The notes beneath the pieces were generated by a model. It worked only from the letters and a program-made list of their open reading frames with translations. It was not told the origin of the DNA and made no database searches. The position numbers were made by a program, and so were the translations under genes. This document shows, in pieces, positions 32,649 through 43,063 of a stretch of DNA of 64,000 bases. Source of the DNA: a virus; IMG/VR virus record IMGVR_UViG_3300009068_000028, positions 1-64,000 of that record. One strand, 5' to 3'. Within the stretch, counting starts at the first letter, position 1. The number at the start of each line of letters is the position of its first letter.

Positions 32649-32975
32649 ATGCAAAATCAGCATCATAAATCAATCAAGCGATTTGGTTTAGATGGCATTA
32701 TTCACGACGAAGCTGCAATACCAAGGCTAAAGCAAGAATATGTTAGACTGTTAAAAACTGAAATGATTCTAACTGGGTACGCACCCAGGCTAGATCTTGA
32801 CCCAGATTTTACAATCTTTTACAACCACGAGAAAGAAATTTTTGAATTTCAATTATCACTATATGGAACATACCTAGGAAAGAATAAAACACAATGGATA
32901 ACAGGAATAGACGGAACAAAAATAGTTCCTACACACAAGAACAAATCAAAAGAGTCCTTACAGGATCAGGCGTAG
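32649..32975 (+). CDS. Hypothetical protein
   Basis: 108-aa ORF with a -10 element 5 nt upstream; overlaps the primase start by 82 nt. Confidence 0.5.
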   Translation: MQNQHHKSIKRFGLDGIIHDEAAIPRLKQEYVRLLKTEMILTGYAPRLDLDPDFTIFYNHEKEIFEFQLSLYGTYLGKNKTQWITGIDGTKIVPTHKNKSKESLQDQA

Positions 32976-33838
32976 ATATTGAATCAGAAGTAGATTCAGA
33001 CTACATTATCTTCTGCCCATTTCATCCTAATCATCGCTCACCAGCAGGTGAAGTTGATAAGCACAACGGAACATTCTTTTGTTTTTCCTGTCACCACGTT
33101 GCTGACCTAGTAGAGTTAGTTGTCAAGACCTCTGGTCGTACATACTTTGAGGCAGTACGTTTTATTAAATCTAAAGCAACTGAGTCCGACCTTACGTCAG
33201 AGATTAATCGTAAACTATATACTAAGCCAGACTATGTACAGTTTGACGAATTGTTAATTAAAAGATTAAATACGCAAGCACTAGAAGGACCTCGTGCAAT
33301 GCGTTACTTTGCAGGTCGATCAGTAACAGAACAGTCAGTTAAAAAGTTTGCTCTTGGATTTTCTGAGAGACAAGATATGGTGACAATTCCTGTACACGCT
33401 CCAGATGGAATGTGCATCGGGTTTGTTGGTCGATCAATTGAAGGCAAGGAGTTTAAGAATACTCCAGGAATGCCTAAATCAAAACTTCTGTTTAACCTAC
33501 ATAGGGTCAAAACAGCAGACAAGGTATATGTAGTTGAATCATCTTTCGATGCCATACGCCTTGACCAAGTTGGATTTCCAGCGGTAGCAACTCTAGGTTC
33601 TAACGTATCCAACATACAGATTGAATTGCTAAAGAAGTATTTCAATAACATAATAGTTATTGCAGATAACGATGAAGCAGGAGGAAACATGAAGTCAAAG
33701 ATTATTGATAAGCTTGGCTCTCGTGTATCCGTGATCACACTAGAAAAACAATACAAGGATATTGGAGATATGACGGATGAAGATATTGCAAATCTGGATG
33801 TTGCATTTGACAAAACCATCATGTCTATGCTAAACTGA
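32894..33838 (+). CDS. dnaG: DNA primase (CHC2 zinc finger + TOPRIM)
   Basis: CPFH...CFSC zinc finger, GFVGR, VVESSFDA and ADNDEAG motifs. Confidence 0.88.
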   Translation: MDNRNRRNKNSSYTQEQIKRVLTGSGVDIESEVDSDYIIFCPFHPNHRSPAGEVDKHNGTFFCFSCHHVADLVELVVKTSGRTYFEAVRFIKSKATESDLTSEINRKLYTKPDYVQFDELLIKRLNTQALEGPRAMRYFAGRSVTEQSVKKFALGFSERQDMVTIPVHAPDGMCIGFVGRSIEGKEFKNTPGMPKSKLLFNLHRVKTADKVYVVESSFDAIRLDQVGFPAVATLGSNVSNIQIELLKKYFNNIIVIADNDEAGGNMKSKIIDKLGSRVSVITLEKQYKDIGDMTDEDIANLDVAFDKTIMSMLN

Positions 33839-33865
33839 TAACCTCAACAAAACAAGGAGAAAAAT

Positions 33866-34516
33866 ATGAGTGCAATTAAGGGACTTAAAAATCTAAACGC
33901 CCTACTCGAAAAACCAAAGTACGAAGGTACAAAGGTTCGTTGGCTTAAGCTTGCTGACGGACAGTCTGCTACGATTCGTTTCGTAGAAGAGCTAGATGCA
34001 GATTCACCCTACTACGATGAAAGTCGTGGAGAGGCTTGTGTATTTGCAGAGCACACCAACCCAAAGGACTACAAGCGTAAGGCTGCTTGTACAGTCGATT
34101 CGGAAGGTCGCTGCTACGGCTGTGAAATGGCTCGTAAAGAGCCTAAGTCTGGCTGGAGAGCACGTAACCGCTTCTACTGCAACGTCCTCGTTGAAGACGG
34201 TCTTGAAGACCCCTACGTGGCTGTATGGTCACAGGGTATCTCAAAGCAGTCTGCTGTACCCACATTGATGGAATACTTTGACGACACCAAGGGTATTTCA
34301 AATGTTGTTTGGAAGATCAAGCGTAACGGTCAGGGAACTGAAACAAGTTACACGCTTCTTCCCAAGGGACCTGACACAGAGCCTTTTGACTGGTCAACCC
34401 ACGAGTTCCACAACTTGGAAAACGTTCTTCGTGAGATTCCTTACGCTGAACAGGAAGCATTCTATTTCGGTTTCGATGCTCCATCCATTACCTCTGCTAC
34501 TAACGCAGACTGGTAA
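33866..34516 (+). CDS. Single-stranded DNA-binding protein (T4 gp32-like)
   Basis: WLKLADGQSATIRF, CxxC and KIKRNGQGTETSY motifs; RBS AAGGAG; promoter TTGACA-N18-TAAACT at 33807-33836. Confidence 0.7.
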   Translation: MSAIKGLKNLNALLEKPKYEGTKVRWLKLADGQSATIRFVEELDADSPYYDESRGEACVFAEHTNPKDYKRKAACTVDSEGRCYGCEMARKEPKSGWRARNRFYCNVLVEDGLEDPYVAVWSQGISKQSAVPTLMEYFDDTKGISNVVWKIKRNGQGTETSYTLLPKGPDTEPFDWSTHEFHNLENVLREIPYAEQEAFYFGFDAPSITSATNADW

Positions 34517-34584
34517 TAAAGACTGTGCTGGGCAAACACACTAAACTGCCCACCTAAACTTTTCATTTCTAACGTAAGGACTCT

Positions 34585-37500
34585 ATGAGTTACGCTGGGC
34601 TTCATGTTCATACCCACTACTCGCTTTTCGATGGCATTGCTACCCCACAGGAATATGTAAATCGTGCAGTTGCACTGGGAATGCCAGCCATTGCTATCAC
34701 AGACCACGGAAGTCTTTCAGGACACCGTGAGTTATACCGCTCTGCTAAAGAAGCTGGCATCAAGCCAATTCTTGGCATTGAAGGGTACATTACTAAAGAC
34801 CGCCTAGACCACACAGATAAAAAAGACAAGAACGACCCACTTGATCTTAACTATAATCACCTTATTATTCTTGCAAAGAATACCACAGGTCTAGAGAATT
34901 TAAATAAGCTTAACGAACTTGCCTGGACAGAAGGTTTCTACAAGAAGCCTCGTATTGACTGGCAGATTCTTGAAAAATACAAGGAAGGTCTTATTGTTAC
35001 CTCTGGCTGTTTGTCGGGGGTACTGGCTAAAGCAATTGAATCAGACAATCTAGCCTATGCTAAGGAACACATCAGGTGGTGTAAGGATATCTTTGGTGAC
35101 GACTATTACATTGAGGTTATGCCACATAATCCTGCAGAAGTAAACAAGATGTTGCTTGAGCTTGCAGACGAGTTTGGCATTACACCTGTAGTCACACCTG
35201 ACTGCCATCACTCAGATAAGAGCCAGAAAGAAATTCAAGAACTTAAACTAATCCTTAACTCATACTCAAATAAAACTGTTGGAGATTCAACATACAACGG
35301 TACAAAGAAGTATGACAATCTCATGGACAAGCTCGACTACCTCTATGGTGAAGACCGTCAGATGTCATTTAATAAGTTTGACATTCATTTGTTGTCAGAT
35401 GAAGAGATGCACGATGCCATGAAAGCTCAGGGTATTGACCGTGAGGATATGTATGAGGCAACTCTTGAGATTGTAAACAAGATTGAAGATTATGATATCC
35501 AAGACTACCGTGACCTACTGCCTGTTCAGTACCAGGACCCAGACGGAGAGCTCCTCAGCCTCGCTCTGGAGGGCTTAAAGGCTAAAGGCTTAGATCAGAA
35601 CCAAGAATATATTGATCGTCTTAACGAGGAGCTGACGATCATTAAGGACAAGAACTTTGGTCCTTACTTTCTAGTTGTACGCTCTATGATTGCTTGGGCT
35701 AAGAAGGAAGGCATTATGGTTGGACCAGGACGTGGTTCGTCTGCTGGTTCGCTACTCTGCTATTCTCTTGGCATTACAGATATTGACCCTATCATACACG
35801 GTCTACTGTTCTTTCGATTTATTAATCCAGAACGTAATGACTTTCCAGATATTGATACAGATATTCAAGACACACGACGTGAAGAGGTAAAGGATTACCT
35901 TGTACGTCAGTATCGTCACGTTGCCTCTATTGCTACATTCTTGCAGTTTAAGGATAAAGGTGTCGTGCGAGACATTGCTCGTGTGCTAAAGGTTCCACTT
36001 CCTGACGTTAATAAAGTTATGAAGCTTGTGGATACTTGGGAAGACTACTGCTCTTCATCATCTACAGCAGAGTTTCGTGAGAAATATCCAGAGATTGAAC
36101 TATATGGAGAGCAACTGCGTGGTCGTATCCGTGGTACTGGTATCCACGCTGCTGGTGTTGTTACATCCAAGGAGCCTATCTTTAAGTTTGCTCCAATGGA
36201 GACTCGTACAGCACCAGGAACCAAGGAGCGTATTCCTGTTGTTGCAGTAGATATGACAGAAGCAGAGCGTATTGGTCTTATTAAAATTGATGCTCTTGGT
36301 CTCAAGACACTATCGGTTTTGCAGGACACGCTTGCAATCATTAAAGACCGTGGTGGCAAAAACATCGATCTTCTTAAGATTGATATGGATGATAAGAATG
36401 TCTACGCCATGCTCTCTGACGGATTCACTAAGGGTGTCTTTCAGTGTGAAGCCACACCATACACCAACTTGCTAGTTAAGATGGGTGTCAAGAACTTTGC
36501 AGAGCTTGCTGCCTCTAACGCTCTTGTCCGTCCAGGTGCTATGAACACTATTGGTAAAGACTACATTGCTCGTAAGCACGGTAAGCAAAAAATTACCTAT
36601 CTTCACAGTGTTATGAAAGAGTTTACAGACGACACCTATGGATGCGTTCTGTACCAAGAACAGGTCATGCTTGCTTGTACAAATCTTGGCGGTATGACAA
36701 TGGCAGAGGCTGACAAGGTTCGTAAGATTATTGGTAAAAAGAAAGATGCTCGTGAGTTTGATGCCTATAAGGATCAGTTTGTAAGAGGAGCCTCTAGATA
36801 TGTAACTACATTCCAAGCAGAAGAACTCTGGCATGATTTTGAGGCACACGCTGGTTACTCCTTTAACAAGTCTCACGCCGTTGCATACTCAACACTTTCT
36901 TACTGGACTGCGTGGCTAAAGTATCACTACCCAATTGAGTTTATGTTTGCACTTCTCAAGAACGAGAAGGACAAGGATGCTCGTACAGAGTACCTTATTG
37001 AAGCAAAGCGTATGGGCATTCCAATTAAGTTGCCACACGTCAACGATTCAGATGCTGACTTTAAGATTGAGGGCAAGGGTATTCGATTTGGTCTTAGTGG
37101 TATCAAGTTTATTAGTGATAACATTGCAGAAAAGTATATTGCTGCTCGTCCCTTCAACTCTTACAAAGAGCTAGAGGAGTTCTCGTTTGGCAAGGGCAAC
37201 GGAGTTAACTCTCGTGCATTGTCAGCACTTAGACTAATCGGTGCTGCCACCTTCCCTGACCAGCCTCGCAATGATGAAGAGATTCGGGAGAACCTTTACG
37301 AGTATTTGAACCTGCCAGAATTTAATACAGCAATTCCACAGCACTATCACGCATTTATTAATGATGTTGAAGAGTATGAGGAAAAGGGTTCATTTATTAT
37401 CATGGGCATTGTCAAGGGGATTAAGCGAGGCAAGGGCTGGTCACGAGTAGAGGTGCTAGATAAGACAGGTGCTATCGGTATCTTTGATGAAGAGCAGTCC

Positions 37501-37863
37501 AAGGTTGAGGCAGGACGTACCTACCTTATCCTTGCAAGTGATAATCGTATCGTTACTGCAATCCCTGCAGATGAAATTAAGGGTAACGATTCAGGTCTTG
37601 TAAAGATTCTTAACTACCGTATGCTACCATATACAGACGACCAGTTAATGGTTGTGTCATTTAGACCACGCATTACTAAGGCTGGTAAAAAGATGGCATC
37701 AATGGTAGTCGCAGACTCGTCACGAGAACTGCACTCAATCACAATCTTCCCAACTTCATTTCCTAAAGCATATATGAAGATTAAGGAAGGTAATGTATAT
37801 AAATTCTCTTTTGGTAAAACAAAAGACGGAACAACAATAATGGAGGATGTATTCGATGTTTGA
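34585..37863 (+). CDS. dnaE: DNA polymerase III alpha subunit
   Basis: PHP domain (HVHTHYS, AITDHG), plus GPGRGSSAGS, PDIDTD, GIHAAGVV, KIDALGL and FNKSH motifs; no intein evident. Confidence 0.95.
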   Translation: MSYAGLHVHTHYSLFDGIATPQEYVNRAVALGMPAIAITDHGSLSGHRELYRSAKEAGIKPILGIEGYITKDRLDHTDKKDKNDPLDLNYNHLIILAKNTTGLENLNKLNELAWTEGFYKKPRIDWQILEKYKEGLIVTSGCLSGVLAKAIESDNLAYAKEHIRWCKDIFGDDYYIEVMPHNPAEVNKMLLELADEFGITPVVTPDCHHSDKSQKEIQELKLILNSYSNKTVGDSTYNGTKKYDNLMDKLDYLYGEDRQMSFNKFDIHLLSDEEMHDAMKAQGIDREDMYEATLEIVNKIEDYDIQDYRDLLPVQYQDPDGELLSLALEGLKAKGLDQNQEYIDRLNEELTIIKDKNFGPYFLVVRSMIAWAKKEGIMVGPGRGSSAGSLLCYSLGITDIDPIIHGLLFFRFINPERNDFPDIDTDIQDTRREEVKDYLVRQYRHVASIATFLQFKDKGVVRDIARVLKVPLPDVNKVMKLVDTWEDYCSSSSTAEFREKYPEIELYGEQLRGRIRGTGIHAAGVVTSKEPIFKFAPMETRTAPGTKERIPVVAVDMTEAERIGLIKIDALGLKTLSVLQDTLAIIKDRGGKNIDLLKIDMDDKNVYAMLSDGFTKGVFQCEATPYTNLLVKMGVKNFAELAASNALVRPGAMNTIGKDYIARKHGKQKITYLHSVMKEFTDDTYGCVLYQEQVMLACTNLGGMTMAEADKVRKIIGKKKDAREFDAYKDQFVRGASRYVTTFQAEELWHDFEAHAGYSFNKSHAVAYSTLSYWTAWLKYHYPIEFMFALLKNEKDKDARTEYLIEAKRMGIPIKLPHVNDSDADFKIEGKGIRFGLSGIKFISDNIAEKYIAARPFNSYKELEEFSFGKGNGVNSRALSALRLIGAATFPDQPRNDEEIRENLYEYLNLPEFNTAIPQHYHAFINDVEEYEEKGSFIIMGIVKGIKRGKGWSRVEVLDKTGAIGIFDEEQSKVEAGRTYLILASDNRIVTAIPADEIKGNDSGLVKILNYRMLPYTDDQLMVVSFRPRITKAGKKMASMVVADSSRELHSITIFPTSFPKAYMKIKEGNVYKFSFGKTKDGTTIMEDVFDV

Positions 37864-38194
37864 TGAAATAACAGAACACTTGCACGAGATTGCAGTTGAA
37901 AAAGGATTTTGGGATCCAGTAGTAAGCAATGTATCTCAAGATCAAATTGATATCTTTATGACCAAGCAGTTGATGATGATTGTATCAGAGGCTGTAGAGG
38001 TTATGGAAGCTATTCGTAAGTCAAAAGGTCCAGAGGAGATCGCTGACGAAATGGCAGACATTCTTATTCGCACACTTGACCTATATGCAGGTCTACGTGA
38101 ATTTGAATACACACACGTCTCTCTTGACGAGGCATTTGAAAAGAAGACAGCGTTTAATAAAACACGACCAGAAAAGCACGGAGTAAAATTCTAA
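37847..38194 (+). CDS. MazG-like nucleotide pyrophosphohydrolase
   Basis: SEAVEVMEAIRK...EEIADEMADILIR motif. Confidence 0.8.
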   Translation: MYSMFDEITEHLHEIAVEKGFWDPVVSNVSQDQIDIFMTKQLMMIVSEAVEVMEAIRKSKGPEEIADEMADILIRTLDLYAGLREFEYTHVSLDEAFEKKTAFNKTRPEKHGVKF

Positions 38195-38418
38195 TGACAG
38201 TAACAGTATACACAAAAGACAATTGCGTACAGTGTGAAGCAACTAAGCGTCACCTAAACAAGATTGATGTTGCCTATGAGACAGTTAATATTACAAACAA
38301 TATTGGTGCTCTTGACAAGTTGATTGCTTTGGGATATCGTTCTGCACCTGTAGTGGTCACAGACGACGACAGCTGGGCAGGGTACATTCCAGAGAAGCTA
38401 GATAAGTTGGCTATCTAG
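38194..38418 (+). CDS. nrdH: NrdH glutaredoxin-like redoxin
   Basis: VYTKDNCVQC, APVV and WAG motifs. Confidence 0.9.
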   Translation: MTVTVYTKDNCVQCEATKRHLNKIDVAYETVNITNNIGALDKLIALGYRSAPVVVTDDDSWAGYIPEKLDKLAI

Positions 38419-39428
38419 TGACAACAATGGAAGAAGCACTAGCACAGCTAGATCCACGTATCCGTAAGCGTCTTAGCAATGGTGCAGGGTTCAAGACTGA
38501 CTTTCAGCCTACCCCTAGCTACGGTCTAAATCGTGCTTTGGGTGGTGGGTTGCCATATGGTCGCCAGGTTCTTATCTGGGGTTCTAAGTCTTCAGCCAAG
38601 TCTTCATTGTGTCTCCAGATGGTTGGTCTTGCACAGTCAGAAGGAAAGCTTTGTGCATGGATTGATGCAGAGATGTCATACGACGAGGCTTGGGCTAAGA
38701 AACTTGGGGTAGACACAGAGAACCTTATTGTCTCACAGGCTCGTACTATTAATGAGATGGTAGACGTAGGCACAGCACTAATCAATGCAGGTGTAGACCT
38801 AGTGGTAGTTGATTCAATTACCTCACTACTCCCTGCCATCTACTTTGAAAAAGACTCTGACGAACTCAAGCAACTTGAGAACACTAAGCAGATTGGTGCT
38901 GAGTCACGAGACTTTAGTAACGCTTGGAAGATGATCAACTATGCTAACAATAAGGTCAAGCCAACCCTGTTTGTTTTGATCTCGCAGTCACGCAACAATA
39001 TCTCTGCTATGTACACACAGCAACAGCCTACAGGTGGACAGGCTACAAAGTTTTACTCGTCTACAGTAATTAAACTGTTCTCTTCTGAGTCAGACAATCA
39101 AGCCATTAAGGGTAAGATTCGAATGGGAGACAAGTTAATTGAACAGAAGATTGGTCGTAAGGTCAAGTGGGAATTACAGTTCTCTAAGACCTCTCCAGGC
39201 TTCCAGAGCGGCGAATACGACTTTTACTTCCGTGGGGATAGGGTAGGAATTGACAGCGTTGGTGACCTTGTGGACACCGCTGAGATGGCAGGTATTGTAT
39301 CTCGTACAGGTGCATGGTACATAGTGTCAGAAGACAAAAAGGTTCAGGGTAGAGAAGCATTCATTAACTATGTTAAAGAGAATGACGACTTCCGTAAAAG
39401 CATTGAGGACCAGCTAAATGTCAGCTAA
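38418..39428 (+). CDS. recA: RecA-like recombinase
   Basis: LGGGLPYGR, WIDAE, VVVDSIT, SQSR, TGG and GAWY motifs; variant Walker A GSKSSAKS. Confidence 0.88.
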   Translation: MTTMEEALAQLDPRIRKRLSNGAGFKTDFQPTPSYGLNRALGGGLPYGRQVLIWGSKSSAKSSLCLQMVGLAQSEGKLCAWIDAEMSYDEAWAKKLGVDTENLIVSQARTINEMVDVGTALINAGVDLVVVDSITSLLPAIYFEKDSDELKQLENTKQIGAESRDFSNAWKMINYANNKVKPTLFVLISQSRNNISAMYTQQQPTGGQATKFYSSTVIKLFSSESDNQAIKGKIRMGDKLIEQKIGRKVKWELQFSKTSPGFQSGEYDFYFRGDRVGIDSVGDLVDTAEMAGIVSRTGAWYIVSEDKKVQGREAFINYVKENDDFRKSIEDQLNVS

Positions 39429-39606
39429 ATATGATGTTCATAAAGGTAGGTTTAACTGTCATACCTGTAAAGTAGAAGTATCATCAGTTAGATGGTACTG
39501 GACATTAAAAGAATTAACTTGGCTATGTCCAGGTGGACATCTTAGTAAAGTTAGCCTCAACACTAAAAAAAGTAAGGGTAGTTATGAGCGAGAAGAACGA
39601 AAGTAA
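39418..39606 (+). CDS. Small Zn-ribbon protein
   Basis: CHTC...CPGGH. Confidence 0.5.
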   Translation: MSAKYDVHKGRFNCHTCKVEVSSVRWYWTLKELTWLCPGGHLSKVSLNTKKSKGSYEREERK

Positions 39607-39871
39607 GAGAATTGGTGCAAAACAACATAAAAATTCTGGACGTAATACGACCAAAGGTGATGCTACTTGGGGACAGTTTGTTGTTGATTTTAAAGAAGTG
39701 TCGAAATCGTTTACTATTAACAAGGAAGTTTGGGCTAAGGCTACAACTGATGCAATACGTGGTAAGAAAGACCCAGCAATTATTATTGTTCTTGGCGAGG
39801 GTAATTCTAAAGTAAGACTAGCAGTCATTGAGCTGGGTATCCTAGAGCAATTGACTGAATCACAAGAGTAG
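39584..39871 (+). CDS. PD-(D/E)xK Holliday-junction-resolvase-like nuclease
   Basis: NSG...KGDA...VVDFKE motif. Confidence 0.6.
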   Translation: MSEKNESKRIGAKQHKNSGRNTTKGDATWGQFVVDFKEVSKSFTINKEVWAKATTDAIRGKKDPAIIIVLGEGNSKVRLAVIELGILEQLTESQE

Positions 39872-39904
39872 TGTATAATAGAAGGATAGTAGAAATTGGA
39901 AACA

Positions 39905-40210
39905 ATGGAAGAAACAAAGACAACATTAGAACGAGTCAATGGTCTCAGTGAGATCGCTGACTTTATGAACGATGAAGAGCTTACCGAAGCCCTCACGTTT
40001 ATTGCAAAGGTTATTTTCAAGCCAGAGATTCCTGCACAGGTAGCCTCTATTGAGATTGTTCGCTTGCAAGCCATTGCTGCTAAAATGTCGTTCAAGGCTA
40101 CTTGGATGGCAAACGTAGATAAGGGAGATAGGGCGAAGAAGAATATTTATTTTACAGCTGCTAGTTCAATTAATGAACTTGTTGCTGCACTTAAATATAT
40201 TACTCGTTAA
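39905..40210 (+). CDS. Hypothetical helical protein
   Basis: ORF downstream of TTGACT-N17-TATAAT (39851-39879). Confidence 0.55.
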   Translation: MEETKTTLERVNGLSEIADFMNDEELTEALTFIAKVIFKPEIPAQVASIEIVRLQAIAAKMSFKATWMANVDKGDRAKKNIYFTAASSINELVAALKYITR

Positions 40211-40217
40211 AAACATT

Positions 40218-41021
40218 ATGGCTAAAAACTTACTAAATCAGGTTATGCTCAAAGGTGCATCAGATAAAAAGAAAACATTCTTAGATACGGACGAGCTTAT
40301 CCAAAAGATTCAACATGGATATATAATTAACCGTGTTGATAAGCATCAGCAAAAGAAGACCTTTGCACCAAGCACGATTGCATTCTCTCACGGAGAGTGT
40401 CCTCGTTACTGGTACATCGCTTTTGAGGGTGCAACATTTACAGACAACGCAGATGCCTATGGTGCAGCAAACATGACTGCTGGTACAAAGTCACACGAAC
40501 GTATCCAAGCAGCTATGGCAAGTGTTCCAGATCTTCTCGTTGACTCCGAGTTTAAAATCACAAGTCAGGACCCACCTATTTTTGGTTACGGTGACGTAAT
40601 CCTTAAGTGGGGTGGTGAAGATTTGCTTGGCGAAATTAAAACAATGCCAAACGAAGGATTTGAATATCGAAAAGCAGCAGGGAAGCCAAAGATTGGTCAC
40701 CTAGTACAGTTGCTTATCTATATGAAAATTCTGGGGAGAGAACGTGCGGTACTAATCTATGAGAACAAGAATAACCACGAGTTGCTTGTACTTCCAGTAG
40801 TACTAAACGATTATCTTAAAGGGTGGGTAGACAACACGTTTGATTGGATGAGAGAAGTTCGTAGTGCTTGGGAGAATAAAACTCTTCCTACTAAGAACTA
40901 CCGATCAAATTCAAAGATTTGCAAGACTTGTCCAGTAAGGGCAACTTGCAATATCGCTGGTCCAGGGACGCTACAAATAAAGTCTATGGAGCCAATCAAT
41001 GAAGCATTGTCAATGGTGTGA
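40218..41021 (+). CDS. Cas4-like PD-(D/E)xK exonuclease
   Basis: CPR, GTKSHERIQ, GYGD...GEIKT, QLLIY and C-terminal CKTCPV...C Fe-S cysteines. Confidence 0.8.
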   Translation: MAKNLLNQVMLKGASDKKKTFLDTDELIQKIQHGYIINRVDKHQQKKTFAPSTIAFSHGECPRYWYIAFEGATFTDNADAYGAANMTAGTKSHERIQAAMASVPDLLVDSEFKITSQDPPIFGYGDVILKWGGEDLLGEIKTMPNEGFEYRKAAGKPKIGHLVQLLIYMKILGRERAVLIYENKNNHELLVLPVVLNDYLKGWVDNTFDWMREVRSAWENKTLPTKNYRSNSKICKTCPVRATCNIAGPGTLQIKSMEPINEALSMV

Positions 41022-41292
41022 CAGCCAGTTTAAACCAAATGTATCTTATCAAATATACTGCTCTGCTGAGTGTAGAGAAAAAGCAACAAGAGAAAAAATA
41101 GCTGAACGTTATGCTAAAAATCGTTTACAAAAGCCTTCTCGCAAAAATAGAAAATGTAAAAATTGTGGATCAACTCTTTCAATTTATAATGACGAGCCGA
41201 TCTGCTCTGGATGTGACATCAATCCTTCAGAAGTAAATAAAGTATTAAAAGAGTTAAAGGGGATAGCTGATGGTAAAATTGAGTTTGATTAA
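40999..41292 (+). CDS. Zn-finger protein
   Basis: CQWC, YCSAEC, CKNC and CSGC. Confidence 0.6.
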   Translation: MKHCQWCDSQFKPNVSYQIYCSAECREKATREKIAERYAKNRLQKPSRKNRKCKNCGSTLSIYNDEPICSGCDINPSEVNKVLKELKGIADGKIEFD

Positions 41293-41845
41293 TCCAAAAC
41301 CAAAAACAATTTGCTCAATTGATGCAAGTACAAATAGCCTAGCTTTTGCTATCTTTGAGGACAAGTCTTTAGTTAGATTTGGCAAAATTAATTTTACTGG
41401 TCGTAATACATATGAAAAAGTTGGAGATGCAGCAAAGAAGTGCTTGGCTTTTTTTAAACAATTTAATATTAATTCTATTATTATTGAGCATACTGTATTT
41501 ATTAATAGTCCTAAGACTGCTGCAGATCTTGCACTTGTTCAAGGGGCTATGCTTGGGTCAGCTCAAATTAATGGCATAAAGATTGCTGGATCAGTTAATC
41601 CAATTACCTGGCAATCATTTATTGGTAACACAAAACTCTCGGCGGTAGAAAAACAAGAACTTCGCAAAGAGAATCCTAACAAATCCGAATCTTGGTATAA
41701 GGGGCAAGAACGTGAAATCAGAAAACAAAAAACAATACGCTATGTTGGCACGTATTATAATAAGTCTATTAGTGATAACGATGTGGCAGACGCTATCGGA
41801 ATTGGTCACTGGGCTATCCACAATTGGGAAAAGGTTGACAAATAA
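41270..41845 (+). CDS. RuvC-like resolvase
   Basis: SIDASTNSLAFA, IIIE and DVADAIGIG motifs. Confidence 0.8.
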   Translation: MVKLSLINPKPKTICSIDASTNSLAFAIFEDKSLVRFGKINFTGRNTYEKVGDAAKKCLAFFKQFNINSIIIEHTVFINSPKTAADLALVQGAMLGSAQINGIKIAGSVNPITWQSFIGNTKLSAVEKQELRKENPNKSESWYKGQEREIRKQKTIRYVGTYYNKSISDNDVADAIGIGHWAIHNWEKVDK

Positions 41846-41849
41846 AATT

Positions 41850-42005
41850 ATGGCTGCTAAACTGTATCAAAGCGAGGCATGGCTTCGCAAACGCTACCAC
41901 CTTGACCGCAAGACTCCAGAAGAGATTGCAAAAGAGTGTGGCACAAGTGTTGAAACAATTTATGTATACCTCGCAAAGTTTGGATTAAGAAAGAGTAAAC
42001 GATGA
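41850..42005 (+). CDS. Small HTH protein
   Basis: WLRKRY...TPEEIAKECGTSVETIYVYLAKFG. Confidence 0.65.
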   Translation: MAAKLYQSEAWLRKRYHLDRKTPEEIAKECGTSVETIYVYLAKFGLRKSKR

Positions 42006-42238
42006 GCGAAAATCTTAAAATCACGGTAGACCAAGTTAATCACCCACCTCACTATACACAAGACCCAAGTGGCGTTGAGTGTATTCAAATAACACGCCAT
42101 CGTAATTTTAATGTTGGCAATGCATTTAAGTACCTATGGAGAGCAGGACTTAAGGACCAGGCTAAGACAATCCAAGATCTTGAAAAAGCTATTTTTTATA
42201 TTCAAGACGAAATTCAAAGACTTGAAGGAAAGTTCTAA
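42002..42238 (+). CDS. DUF3310-like (T7 gp1.7-related) protein
   Basis: VNHPPHY, GNAFKYLWRAG and DLEKA motifs. Confidence 0.8.
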   Translation: MSENLKITVDQVNHPPHYTQDPSGVECIQITRHRNFNVGNAFKYLWRAGLKDQAKTIQDLEKAIFYIQDEIQRLEGKF

Positions 42239-42540
42239 TGGCTAGATTACGCAAAATCGATTTCTCTAGTGTTAAGATAAATGATCCATTTATTCGTGTA
42301 AACAAAATGAAGTATGAAAATTTTACAATTGAGCGTGGAGAGCTTATTAAAATTACTGGAGAATACGGAACACGCTTTAAGTTTGAGTCTATTACAACTA
42401 ACCCAGTAAACGGTGCAATTTGGGTAGACTGTTTTGAAATGTGGCGAGGACGACAAGGTGCGTACCGATCATTTTCTATTGACCGTGTAAAACGTATTCC
42501 AAAGCGTAGATCAAGAAAGGCTAAACCCAGTGTCGTTTGA
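42238..42540 (+). CDS. Hypothetical SH3-like protein
   Basis: Coupled ORF; WVDCFE...RSFSIDRVK. Confidence 0.5.
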   Translation: MARLRKIDFSSVKINDPFIRVNKMKYENFTIERGELIKITGEYGTRFKFESITTNPVNGAIWVDCFEMWRGRQGAYRSFSIDRVKRIPKRRSRKAKPSVV

Positions 42541-43063
42541 AGACCTTACTGTAGAACACCTTGATGAAATAAACAAGGTTGTAGAAAAGTATCTTCAGGG
42601 TTCTGAGCCTACACAAATTTCTAAAGAGCTTGCTATGCCACGCACAAAGGTTGTTGCTCACATCAACCAGTGGAAGCTTATGGCTGCAGACAATGCTGCA
42701 ATCCGTGCTCGTGCAAAAGAAGCATTGGTCGTTGCAGATACACACTATAATAAACTAATTAGCAAGGCATATGAAGTCATTGACGATGCCACTACCATAG
42801 CTAACCTTGGTGCAAAAACTGCAGGGATTAAGCTAGTTCTTGATATTGAGTCTAGGCGTATTGATATGCTACAAAAAGCAGGACTGCTAGAAAACAAAGA
42901 GTTAGCAGACGAAATGTTGGAGATTGAGCGTAGACAAGATATCTTAAAAGATATTCTAAAAGATATTGCTGCAGAGCATCCAGAAGTTCGTGACAAGATT
43001 ATGCGTAGACTATCGGAGATCTCTAAAAATCAAGAGGTGATTACCGTTGTCAGAGATGTTTGA
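42530..43063 (+). CDS. Putative terminase small subunit
   Basis: N-terminal HTH plus coiled coil, overlapping the large terminase start. Confidence 0.55.
   Translation: MSFEDLTVEHLDEINKVVEKYLQGSEPTQISKELAMPRTKVVAHINQWKLMAADNAAIRARAKEALVVADTHYNKLISKAYEVIDDATTIANLGAKTAGIKLVLDIESRRIDMLQKAGLLENKELADEMLEIERRQDILKDILKDIAAEHPEVRDKIMRRLSEISKNQEVITVVRDV

Noticed and set aside
40218-41021. Cas4-like gene as evidence of a CRISPR system
   Set aside because: No repeat-spacer array or other cas genes were seen; solo Cas4-like nucleases are common in phage recombination modules.
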